From an uncultured Christensenella sp. (GTDB lineage Bacteria; Bacillota; Clostridia; Christensenellales; UBA3700), in contig CAJTNA010000004.1 in the NCBI GenBank assembly GCA_910577845.1, positions 15,280-79,279 of the forward strand: 64,000 nucleotides of DNA, given 5' to 3'. The notes beneath the pieces are model-generated. The model was given only the letters and a program-made list of their open reading frames with translations, was not told the origin of the DNA and did no database searches. Position 1 is the first letter of the stretch. Each line of letters begins with the position of its first letter. Below are positions 1 through 7,909 of this stretch, piece by piece. The position numbers and the translations under genes were made by a program.

Positions 1-687
1 TATGTTTCAGAGTTTACAGCTTTAGTAAGAACTTTATTAGGTGATTATAACACTGCTGGAACAGTTATGATTGATACTAGCAAACATACTGGCACTGTTG
101 TTGGTGACAATTATAGCAATATTGTTAAAAGTGAAGTTGACGTTGAGTATTTTGAGAATAACATTGCTAAAAAGAAAAAAGTAGCAATTTATACTGATAC
201 CACTAACAATATATCTTTCGTTGTAAACGAGTTCGGTGTTCATATCGTAATGCTAACAGATGTACCAGTTGATGAGCAATACAATACTATTGGTATTGAC
301 TCTGGTTCACAAATTATTATGAGTGATAATGACGATTTTGATTTAGATTTATTTAAAAATAGTATTAATGATTTCAGCGATGACGAAATTAATGCAATTA
401 AAAAAGCTAATGCTTATTACACATATACTTTAAATGCTTATGTTGACTTTGACGAGGAAACTGGTAAGGCAATAACTTTAGAGGAATTGTTATCAAAGCA
501 GTTAAAGAAAACTTATGATAGCACTGCATATAGCAAGCATAGCACAAAATTGTTTGAAATGTATGGCGATGAATTGTTCAATACTAAGGACGATAAAGAT
601 GCTAGCGAGGGTTATGCGGATTATAAGTTTGAGGAAATCAAAATGAATAAATCTGTATTTAATAAAGCTTTAAATGAGTTAAAATAA
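1..687 (+). CDS. C-terminal part of a larger protein, function unknown (weak parvulin/PrsA-like segment)
   Basis: Frame 1 is open from base 1, with no stop before the ATG at 67. The segment NEFGVHIVMLTD weakly resembles a parvulin PPIase core, and the tail is acidic. Confidence 0.45.
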   Translation, partial: YVSEFTALVRTLLGDYNTAGTVMIDTSKHTGTVVGDNYSNIVKSEVDVEYFENNIAKKKKVAIYTDTTNNISFVVNEFGVHIVMLTDVPVDEQYNTIGIDSGSQIIMSDNDDFDLDLFKNSINDFSDDEINAIKKANAYYTYTLNAYVDFDEETGKAITLEELLSKQLKKTYDSTAYSKHSTKLFEMYGDELFNTKDDKDASEGYADYKFEEIKMNKSVFNKALNELK

Positions 688-811
688 TCTAATAAGCATA
701 AATAAGCAATAAAACAAAAAATATGCACTTTAAAGTGCATATTTTTGATAATAAGGCAACAATTATTGCAAATTTTAGTAGTATTAAATAGTAAATTAAT
801 TAAAGGGAAAT

Positions 812-1351
812 ATGGAATTAGTTGAAAAAACTTTAAATAGCAATTTAAAATTTGAAGGTAAAATATTAAAATTGAAAGTTGACAGAGTGCAATTGCCAGA
901 TGGTAGTGTGTCAAGCAGAGAAATAGTTTGCCATAATGGTGGTGCGTGTGTCTTGCCAATATCTGCGGATGGAAAAGTTGCACTAGTAAAGCAATTTAGA
1001 TATCCTTATAAAGAGGTTATTTATGAAATACCTGCAGGCAAAATTGACCAAGGTGAAAGTCCTAAACAAACAGCAGTTAGAGAATTGTTTGAGGAGGTAG
1101 GAGGTAAGTCGAATAATTTTGTTGATTTAGGAATAATATATCCAACTCCTGGATATACAAATGAAAAGATATACGTTTATATTGCTTTAGATACAATATA
1201 TGAACAGCCTTCTTTAGATGAGGGAGAATTTTTAGATGTAGAGTTTTTTGAGTTTAATAAAGTGCTAGAAATGATAGAGGATAATACTATTAAAGATAGC
1301 AAAACAATAATTAGTGTTTTACGTGCTAAAATTAATAACAATATAAAATAA
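812..1351 (+). CDS. NUDIX hydrolase, ADP-ribose pyrophosphatase-like
   Basis: Nudix box GKIDQGESPKQTAVRELFEEVGG (GX5EX7REUXEEXGU). The N-terminal region resembles NudF. Confidence 0.85.
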   Translation: MELVEKTLNSNLKFEGKILKLKVDRVQLPDGSVSSREIVCHNGGACVLPISADGKVALVKQFRYPYKEVIYEIPAGKIDQGESPKQTAVRELFEEVGGKSNNFVDLGIIYPTPGYTNEKIYVYIALDTIYEQPSLDEGEFLDVEFFEFNKVLEMIEDNTIKDSKTIISVLRAKINNNIK

Positions 1352-1520
1352 TCATAATTTACATAAAAATTTTAATACACTTTTTAAGTGTTTAACTAAT
1401 TTTTTGTATAATTCTGAAGCTATAAAGATAGTTACACCAAACTATTTTTATTCCAATAAAATAGTTTTTTGTTGTTTTGATAGCTAACTATAATATTAAA
1501 TATAATATAAAAGGTGATAT

Positions 1521-2036
1521 ATGATTTTATCTACAGATAGATTGATATTAAGAGAAATTACTTTGAACGATTATGATGATTTGTGCGAGATTTTGCAAGA
1601 CAAAAAAACAATGTACGCTTATGAACACGCTTTTTCAAAAGAAGAGGTAGAGCAATGGCTTAATAATCAGCTTTCAAGATATAATAAGTATGGTTTTGGA
1701 TTGTGGGCAGTAGTACTAAAGTCTACCGGGAAAATGATTGGCAACATAGGTCTAACATATCAAAAGTTTGAGGATAGCGATATTTTAGAGATTGGGTATT
1801 TGCTAAACAGAAATTATTGGCATAATGGATATGCAAGTGAGGCAACCATAGCTTGTAAAAATTACGCTTTTGAGGTATTGAAAGTAGATAAAGTATATTC
1901 TATTATAAGGGAAAATAATCTATTGTCACAAGCAGTGGCTAAACGTAATGGTATGAAAATTGTGGGGACGCAACTAAAACATTATTATAATATGGATATG
2001 CCACATTTAGTTTATATGGTAGAAAATAAAAAATAA
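1521..2036 (+). CDS. GNAT family N-acetyltransferase (RimJ/RimL-like)
   Basis: LILREITLNDYDDL start, acetyl-CoA-binding-type segment GKMIGNIGL, and NYWHNGYASEA, typical of RimJ/RimL-type GNATs. A terminator follows the gene. Confidence 0.8.
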   Translation: MILSTDRLILREITLNDYDDLCEILQDKKTMYAYEHAFSKEEVEQWLNNQLSRYNKYGFGLWAVVLKSTGKMIGNIGLTYQKFEDSDILEIGYLLNRNYWHNGYASEATIACKNYAFEVLKVDKVYSIIRENNLLSQAVAKRNGMKIVGTQLKHYYNMDMPHLVYMVENKK

Positions 2037-2108
2037 TTACAAGCAGATTTAAAACACTATTCTCTTTTAAAAGTTAATAATTAAAAAACAAGCAACATTA
2101 TAAACAAA

Positions 2109-2138
2109 CAAGATACCAGTTGGTATCTTGCTGTTTTT
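2109..2138 (+). terminator. intrinsic terminator after the GNAT gene
   Basis: Stem CAAGATACC/GGTATCTTG followed by CTGTTTTT. Confidence 0.7.
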
Positions 2139-2235
2139 AATATTGATTTTATGTTAAAATAAATTTGTCTAAATGAAAAAGAAATTATTGTTTTTAATAT
2201 TTTTTGAACTATTATTTTTATTGTATATGGTTTTT

Positions 2236-2340
2236 TGTGACGTACTTTAGGTAGACTTACTTGAATACCACAAAATGCGTCAACATAAGCCTAACATAAT
2301 CCCTAATGCATTGGTAAGGTTTGATTATCAAAAATTGTAT
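2236..2340 (+). repeat. intergenic repeat copy A (~105 nt)
   Basis: Aligns along its whole length with copy C (5025-5130), roughly three quarters identical by eye. It has the internal half-repeats GGTAGACTTACTTGA and GGTAAGGTTTGATTA. Confidence 0.75.
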
Positions 2341-2616
2341 TTTGTATAAAACATTTTTAATTAAAAAATCTTTTAAGTTAAATTTTATTGTATTTTTATA
2401 TAATGTCAAACTTACGTGTTTTTGTTAAGCAATTGTTATTTTTATAGTGAATGGTGAAGTAAGTATATTTAAAGTTGAAAAAACAACTTTTATATTAAGC
2501 CAACTATTGGCTTAATTAATTGTAAATTAGTGGCATAAACCAACAAGGCAAAATGATAAATTTTACCTTGTTTAGTTATTTGTAAAGTTAAGATTTAGTA
2601 AAAAGTCGAATTTTTG

Positions 2617-2648
2617 AAAATACCCACCGAAAATCGGGGGTATTTTTT
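2617..2648 (+). terminator. intrinsic terminator-like hairpin upstream of the inverted-repeat element
   Basis: AAAATACCC(A)CCGA-AAA-TCGG-GGGTATTTT, about 13 bp with one bulge, then TT. The loop carries the GAAAATCGG motif. Confidence 0.6.
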
Positions 2649-2679
2649 GATAAATGTGCTAAATTATGTAAATTGAGGG

Positions 2680-2702
2680 TACATAGAATACATATATCTA
2701 TG
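2680..2702. repeat. left arm of a perfect 23-bp inverted repeat (candidate inverton boundary)
   Basis: TACATAGAATACATATATCTATG. The exact reverse complement lies at 2833-2855. Confidence 0.9.
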
Positions 2703-2718
2703 TACATATTATATGAAT

Positions 2719-2748
2719 ATTATCTAATTAAATATATACATTTGTCAA
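2719..2748 (-). promoter_or_regulatory. sigma-A-like promoter inside the IR-bracketed segment, pointing away from the 2879 gene
   Basis: On the minus strand: TTGACA (complement of 2743-2748), an 18-nt spacer, then GATAAT (complement of 2719-2724). Confidence 0.55.
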
Positions 2749-2832
2749 GTATAAGCTAAACAATTTGTAAAATGATAACATTAAATTGACTTTAGCTTTA
2801 CAAAAACATAGCCGAAAAGCCTAATTTATGTG

Positions 2833-2855
2833 CATAGATATATGTATTCTATGTA
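2833..2855. repeat. right arm of the perfect 23-bp inverted repeat
   Basis: CATAGATATATGTATTCTATGTA, the reverse complement of 2680-2702. It ends 8 nt before the AGGAGG RBS of the 2879 gene. Confidence 0.9.
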
Positions 2856-2878
2856 TCTAAAAATAGGAGGTTTTTGCT

Positions 2879-4687
2879 ATGAAAATTAGTTTGAAAAAGG
2901 TTGGAATAATTGTTTTATGTATAGCCTTTTTTAGTCTTACAATTTATTGTTTAAATTTTAGCGGTTTGTCATTAGTTGTGTTTGATAATAACAATATAAA
3001 AACTGAATTAAATATAAGCAACACAAATGATATTGGCAAGTTGCCAGTTGCAGAACAAGAAGTAACGTTGACTTGCGATTGTCCTAATGGTGAGGCTTGT
3101 ACTTGTGGTAAAATGGCACAAGATTGGTCTAAAGCTGTAACAGAATCAGTAACCTCAAAACAAGTTGTGAAAGTTACTTTGGGAAGAGATTGGATAGCAC
3201 AAATTGATGAGGACACTCACAATAGTTTTTCTAATATGGGAAATTATGGTTTTGCAAATGGTAGAATAAATATAGATTATGGAGCAATTATTATTTTAGA
3301 TTTAGCTGGGTATTCTATTGATAGACAACTGACTATTGAACAAAAGTCAGAATATGGAAATGTTATAAGAGTAGCTGGTACATTAAATTTAATTGATAGT
3401 AGCTATAATGAAGAGCAAGTAAAAGAATATTATGAACAAGGAAAAATTTTGGAATATGAGTGCGGTAAGATAACTGGTGGCTCTCGTGACCATAATACCT
3501 GGGGTGGTGGCGGTATACTTATTGAACAAACAACTGGTGTATTAAATATGTATAGTGGAATGGTTACAAATAACTATTCTCGCATTGGCGGTGCTGGAAT
3601 CTTTTCATATGTTTATTCTAAAATGAATATTTATGGTGGAATAATTTGTTCAAACTCTTCTGAAAATGGTGGCGGAATTTATTGCTCAAGTGGTAGTGAA
3701 CTAAATATTAATGGTGGTTATATCATTGATAATACAGCAAGTAAATGTGGTAGTGCAATCTCAGTATATAGTGCTAAAGCAAATTTGACAAATTGTATTA
3801 TTGAGGATAATGCTATTGAGCAAAATGGCGGTACAGTAAATGCTACTGGAAATTCTAAATTGCAATTATATAGTGGGGTAAAATTTAAAAATAATTTATC
3901 AAATGGCAATATTAATGATATTTATCTGCATAATAATTGCAAAATAGAGTTAAAGGAAAATATTAGCAATTATGATATGTTATCAGTAGATTTTGGTAAC
4001 GGGTATAATTTGTTTGCACCATTTACTTTTGGTTACAAGTATTATGCTAATGGTGATAACAATCCACAAAATCATTTTGTACTATCATCAGATAATAGTA
4101 AAAAAGCTGTGCTATATGGTGATGAAGTTCGATTTGATTATTCAATAAATAGTGAGTATGACTTTGCTTATATTGAAAATTCTGTTCGTAAATATTACCA
4201 AGATAATGATAGATTACACGATTATAATGATACTACAAATTATGTGCTAGCTAAAATCACCCCAAATACCTCTATAAATGAGTTTATTAGTAATATTAAG
4301 GCGTTTAATTTAGGGGATGTAACATTATATGATAATAAGGATAATATTGTTTATCAAAATGGAAATGCAGTTAATGTTGAACTAAGCAATAACGGAATGG
4401 AGCTTGCTGTTGGAACTGGTTGGTATATAAATTGTCAAAATGGAGGTAAAGCTGAAAGAATTTATTTGTCTGTTTTAGGGGACTTAACTGGTGATGGAAA
4501 AGTTAATTCAGCAGACGTAAATTATTTAAGACAAATCATAAATGATAATACTATTTTTGAAAACTCTAGCTTGGCAGTTAAGTTGAGTATGATTATAAGT
4601 AACAAAGGTAACGCAATAGAAAAAGCAGATGCAGAGATATTGTGGAATGTAGCTTGTGGCAGAATAGATATATCAGATTTTATTTGA
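2879..4687 (+). CDS. secreted/anchored parallel beta-helix repeat protein with a C-terminal dockerin-like module
   Basis: AGGAGG RBS and an N-terminal hydrophobic signal/anchor (IIVLCIAFFSLTIYCL). Cys-rich motif CDCPNGEACTCG. Repeated GGG(I/L)/GGAGI/NGGGIY beta-helix-type repeats. GDLTGDGKVNSADVNYLRQII is a dockerin/EF-hand-like Ca-binding repeat; the second repeat is degenerate. Confidence 0.8.
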   Translation: MKISLKKVGIIVLCIAFFSLTIYCLNFSGLSLVVFDNNNIKTELNISNTNDIGKLPVAEQEVTLTCDCPNGEACTCGKMAQDWSKAVTESVTSKQVVKVTLGRDWIAQIDEDTHNSFSNMGNYGFANGRINIDYGAIIILDLAGYSIDRQLTIEQKSEYGNVIRVAGTLNLIDSSYNEEQVKEYYEQGKILEYECGKITGGSRDHNTWGGGGILIEQTTGVLNMYSGMVTNNYSRIGGAGIFSYVYSKMNIYGGIICSNSSENGGGIYCSSGSELNINGGYIIDNTASKCGSAISVYSAKANLTNCIIEDNAIEQNGGTVNATGNSKLQLYSGVKFKNNLSNGNINDIYLHNNCKIELKENISNYDMLSVDFGNGYNLFAPFTFGYKYYANGDNNPQNHFVLSSDNSKKAVLYGDEVRFDYSINSEYDFAYIENSVRKYYQDNDRLHDYNDTTNYVLAKITPNTSINEFISNIKAFNLGDVTLYDNKDNIVYQNGNAVNVELSNNGMELAVGTGWYINCQNGGKAERIYLSVLGDLTGDGKVNSADVNYLRQIINDNTIFENSSLAVKLSMIISNKGNAIEKADAEILWNVACGRIDISDFI

Positions 4688-4756
4688 TAGATAAAAGTTA
4701 AAAAACAAACTAAATTATTAGAATAAGTTTTTATTAGTATTTTTAATTTAAAATGT

Positions 4757-4858
4757 TGATGTGTAGAGGGCTTAAGATAGGCTTGCTTGGATGCTAACAA
4801 AATGTGTCAACGAAGCTCACCAAAATCAGATTTAATAAAGATAGGCTTGATTTGTTAA
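4757..4858 (+). repeat. intergenic repeat copy B (more divergent)
   Basis: CTTAAGATAGGCTTGCTTGGATGCTAACAAAATG...AAAGATAGGCTTGATTTG has the same architecture as copies A and C. Confidence 0.6.
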
Positions 4859-4918
4859 TAGTAATATAATTAAATAAAGCATTTATTAAAATTAAAACTG
4901 AAAAAAAGACCTTAAGCA

Positions 4919-4951
4919 AACAAGGTGCTAAAACAGCACCTTGTTGTTTTT
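4919..4951 (+). terminator. intrinsic terminator downstream of the beta-helix gene
   Basis: 11-bp stem AACAAGGTGCT/AGCACCTTGTT with loop AAAAC, then GTTTTT. An A-run precedes it, so it could act in both directions. Confidence 0.8.
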
Positions 4952-5024
4952 AAATATGATTTTAAATTAAGTTTGGATAATTAAAAATAAGTTGTTATTT
5001 TAAGATATTTTGGTTATTATTTGA

Positions 5025-5130
5025 TTGTGACTGACTTAAGGTAGGCTTGCTTGAACGCTACCAAATTCATTTACACAAGCCAATCTAAATTCTTTATGCA
5101 TTGGTTAAGGTTTGATTATAAAATATTGTT
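5025..5130 (+). repeat. intergenic repeat copy C
   Basis: TGTGACTGACTTAAGGTAGGCTTGCTTGAACGCTACC...GGTTAAGGTTTGATTAT is collinear with copy A. Confidence 0.75.
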
Positions 5131-5202
5131 TTAATTTTTTATTGAAAAAAGGCAGGACAATTTTAATACAAGTTTATTATTTGTTTAAAGTTCAGCAATT
5201 GT

Positions 5203-5685
5203 TTAGTGTTCATCTTGCTTTGTTTTTTGTTTGGTATTAATATTTAGGCAATGGATAATTATGCTATCTAATATTCGATACACACAGTAGATTAACCAGA
5301 TTATCCAAGTTAATTGCCATTTTTGAGTAATTAAGCTGATTGTAATGTAAAGAATAGCAACTAAAATTGCAATTACCCAATTTGTAATTTTTTTATGCTT
5401 TGCTATAGTGTGGTCACTTTTTTTTAATGCAGATTTAATATTTTCCTCAGATATAGCTCTGTAATCACTTTCACTAATTCTCTCACCATTTAAAATTTCA
5501 TTTATGCTAACCTCAAAAGTGTTTGAAAGAATTTGCAACATTTCTACTGGTGGTAAGTAATTTCCATTTTCCCATCTAGAGATAGTTTTGTTTGTAACAC
5601 CTATTTTTTCGCCAAGTTCAGCTTGAGTTAAATTATGTTCTTTACGCAGGGTTGATAAAAAATTGCCTATTTTTTGCATATCCAT
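5203..5685 (-). CDS. XRE-family HTH regulator with a C-terminal membrane domain
   Basis: HTH LRKEHNLTQAELGEKIGVTNKTISRWENG, followed by two hydrophobic segments (WVIAILVAILYITISLI and WIIWLIYCVY). Confidence 0.8.
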   Translation of the reverse strand: MDMQKIGNFLSTLRKEHNLTQAELGEKIGVTNKTISRWENGNYLPPVEMLQILSNTFEVSINEILNGERISESDYRAISEENIKSALKKSDHTIAKHKKITNWVIAILVAILYITISLITQKWQLTWIIWLIYCVYRILDSIIIHCLNINTKQKTKQDEH

Positions 5686-5876
5686 AGTAATTCTCCTAAG
5701 TTCATCTTAATTTTATACTTTAATTATACCACATTACTTTACAAAATAATTGCCCACAAAAAGCGAATTTGTTTTTAAATAGTAGTTTTTTAGTAATAAT
5801 TATTGCAGTATGGTAAAGAAAATTAGCAGTCTAATGGGCAGATTGCTAAATTTTTGAAAAAATTTGCAAAAAACAC

Positions 5877-5904
5877 TTGACAATTAAGTTTTTTGTGATA
5901 TAAT
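5877..5904 (+). promoter_or_regulatory. sigma-A promoter of the ctsR operon
   Basis: TTGACA (5877-5882), a 16-nt spacer, then the extended -10 TGATATAAT (5896-5904). Confidence 0.75.
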
Positions 5905-5906
5905 AA

Positions 5907-5930
5907 AGTCAAAGGTCAAGGAAAGTCAAA
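5907..5930 (+). promoter_or_regulatory. CtsR operator (direct heptad repeats)
   Basis: AGTCAAA-GGTCAAG-GAA-AGTCAAA matches the CtsR box A/GGTCAAA-NAN-A/GGTCAAA. It lies immediately downstream of the -10. Confidence 0.8.
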
Positions 5931-5940
5931 GGAGGTTAAT

Positions 5941-6402
5941 ATGGCAAGTATAAGTGATGTAATTGAACAATTCATTTTGCAGGCTTTGGCAGATGACGAT
6001 TTATTGCAATTATCACGAAATGATTTGGCAACATTTTTCAGTTGTGCACCAAGTCAAATTAACTATGTATTGTCAACTAGATTTACGCCAGAAAAAGGTT
6101 TTATGATAGAGTCCAAACGTGGCGGTGGTGGTTGTATTAATTTAATTAGATTGAATGATGAAAAAGCAAATGTTTTAAAATCTATATATGATTATTTATG
6201 TGAAGAAAGTGTTCTTGAATATACTAAATTATTGCATATTTTACAAAGGTTAGAGGCGGACGGCATTGTCAGCAAGGCGGAATGTGACATATTAAAAGTT
6301 GCAATGTCGGATAAAGCTTTAGCGAATCCAGTAAATATTACTAAAAGGCTTAGAGCCCAAATGTTTAAGGAAATAATTTTAAATTTATCAAAAAGGAGTT
6401 AA
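5941..6402 (+). CDS. ctsR: CtsR, repressor of class III stress genes
   Basis: ISDVIEQFI...SRNDLATFFSCAPSQINYVLSTRFTPEKGF.IESKRGGGG is typical of CtsR. First gene of the ctsR-mcsA-mcsB-clpC synteny. Confidence 0.92.
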   Translation: MASISDVIEQFILQALADDDLLQLSRNDLATFFSCAPSQINYVLSTRFTPEKGFMIESKRGGGGCINLIRLNDEKANVLKSIYDYLCEESVLEYTKLLHILQRLEADGIVSKAECDILKVAMSDKALANPVNITKRLRAQMFKEIILNLSKRS

Positions 6403-6404
6403 GT

Positions 6405-6905
6405 ATGAGCGGAAATTATTATTGTAGTATTTGTGGCAAACCTGCTACAGTATGTAAAAAGGAAACAATCAACGGTGTAACAAAAGTGTCATATTATTGT
6501 GACGAGTGTTTTAATATGCTTGAGGGTGGAGGAATATCTTCAAACAGCTTATTATCTGCAATGTTTAACTTTGGCGGAAATAATATTGCAAAACCAAAAA
6601 TGCGAGTATGCAGTTGCGGAACTACTGAAAGAGACATTTTGAATAGTGGAAAGTTTGGTTGTAGTGAATGTTATAATTTATTTAGAGATATTGCAGAGAA
6701 TTATGTAAATACTAGAGGTTATTTGACGCATAAAGGTAAAAAGCCTACACAAAATGGAGAAACTACAAGCGAAAGTGAAAAAAGTAGTATGAGTGAACTT
6801 GATAAGTTGAAAGCGGAACTTGCTTTAGCGGTTAAAGAGGAAAGGTTTTTAGATTGTGACAAGCTTGCAAAGAAAATTGCTGAACTTCAAAAGGAGGGCA
6901 AATAA
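6405..6905 (+). CDS. mcsA: McsA-like zinc-finger/UVR-domain activator of McsB
   Basis: CxxC pairs (CSICG, CDECF, CSCG, CSECY), a C-terminal UVR-like coiled coil, and a position between ctsR and mcsB. Confidence 0.8.
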   Translation: MSGNYYCSICGKPATVCKKETINGVTKVSYYCDECFNMLEGGGISSNSLLSAMFNFGGNNIAKPKMRVCSCGTTERDILNSGKFGCSECYNLFRDIAENYVNTRGYLTHKGKKPTQNGETTSESEKSSMSELDKLKAELALAVKEERFLDCDKLAKKIAELQKEGK

Positions 6906-7904
6906 ATGGCGAATATTGATAATATTGTTGTATCTACAAGAGTTCGACTTGCAAGGAATTTAAAAGATATTCCTTTTCCAGCAAGGTTAAAAGGCAGTCC
7001 TAAGAGTAGTGAGGAAGTAATAAACACAGTTAAATCTGTATGTGACAAGCTTTTTAAATATGATTTATTGTTGATGAATAGAATTAGTGATATTGACAGA
7101 ATAGCATTGCTTGAAAGACATTTAATAAGTCCAAATTTAGCAGCAAATACTGAGAATGGTGCAGTTTGCATTGGTAAAGAGAATGGTATGAGCATTATGA
7201 TTAATGAGGAAGACCATATTAGGGCACAATGTTTGATAAGAGGCTTTGCCTTGGAAGAGTGCTATAAAAAAGTCAACGCTTTTGATGATAAACTTAGTGA
7301 TATGGCACAGATTGCGTATGATGATAAGTTTGGATATTTAACTGCTTGTCCAACTAATTTGGGAACTGGTATGCGTGCAAGTGTTATGATGTTTTTACCT
7401 GCACTTACTATAACTGGCGAGTTATCTAGATTGATAAATGAGATTCAACAAGCGGGACTTACAGTGCGTGGTATTTATGGTGAGGGTAGCAATGGCACAG
7501 GATATTTGTATCAAATCAGTAATCAAATTACTATTGGTGTAAGCGAGAGGAATTTGATTAAAGTAGTAAATAATGCGGTTATGAAAATTTGCGAGAGTGA
7601 GCAAAATGCGAGAGCAAGACTTTATAAACAAGAAGGAATTGTACTTGAAGATACGGTTTCAAGGTCATTGGGAATTTTGCTATATGCAAAGAGAATAACT
7701 TCTGACGAGTTTATGGAACATATGGCAAAGGTAAAACTTGGTGTGGCTTTGGGAATACTTGATTTGAGTATGCCAATGTTGAATCAATTAACAGAGTTAT
7801 GTCAGCCAGCAAATATGTGTCATTATTGTGGTAGGAAAGTAAACGCAGACGAGCGTGATATAATGCGTGCCGATTTGGTACGTAATAAAATTAAAGAGAG
7901 GTGA
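6906..7904 (+). CDS. mcsB: protein arginine kinase McsB
   Basis: Guanidino-kinase signature ACPTNLGTGMRASV, plus RVRLARNL and EEDHIR motifs. Confidence 0.92.
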   Translation: MANIDNIVVSTRVRLARNLKDIPFPARLKGSPKSSEEVINTVKSVCDKLFKYDLLLMNRISDIDRIALLERHLISPNLAANTENGAVCIGKENGMSIMINEEDHIRAQCLIRGFALEECYKKVNAFDDKLSDMAQIAYDDKFGYLTACPTNLGTGMRASVMMFLPALTITGELSRLINEIQQAGLTVRGIYGEGSNGTGYLYQISNQITIGVSERNLIKVVNNAVMKICESEQNARARLYKQEGIVLEDTVSRSLGILLYAKRITSDEFMEHMAKVKLGVALGILDLSMPMLNQLTELCQPANMCHYCGRKVNADERDIMRADLVRNKIKER

Positions 7905-7909
7905 GCAAT

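Noticed and set aside
621-983. 120-aa - strand ORF overlapping the ends of two + strand genes
   Set aside because: It overlaps the Nudix gene start and the upstream gene's end. It has no motif and a hydrophobic, low-complexity translation.
2173-2250. 25-codon ORF MKKKLLFLIFFELLFLLYMVFCDVL ending at the start of repeat copy A
   Set aside because: There is no Shine-Dalgarno sequence. The equivalent sequence before copies B and C has no start codon, so it is not conserved with the repeat. It could still be a small hydrophobic peptide, but it is unsupported.
2236-5130. Repeats A and C as integron attC sites, making the surface-protein gene a gene cassette
   Set aside because: The units are not imperfect palindromes and lack inverse core sites (RYYYAAC...GTTRRRY). 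There is no integrase or attI in the window.
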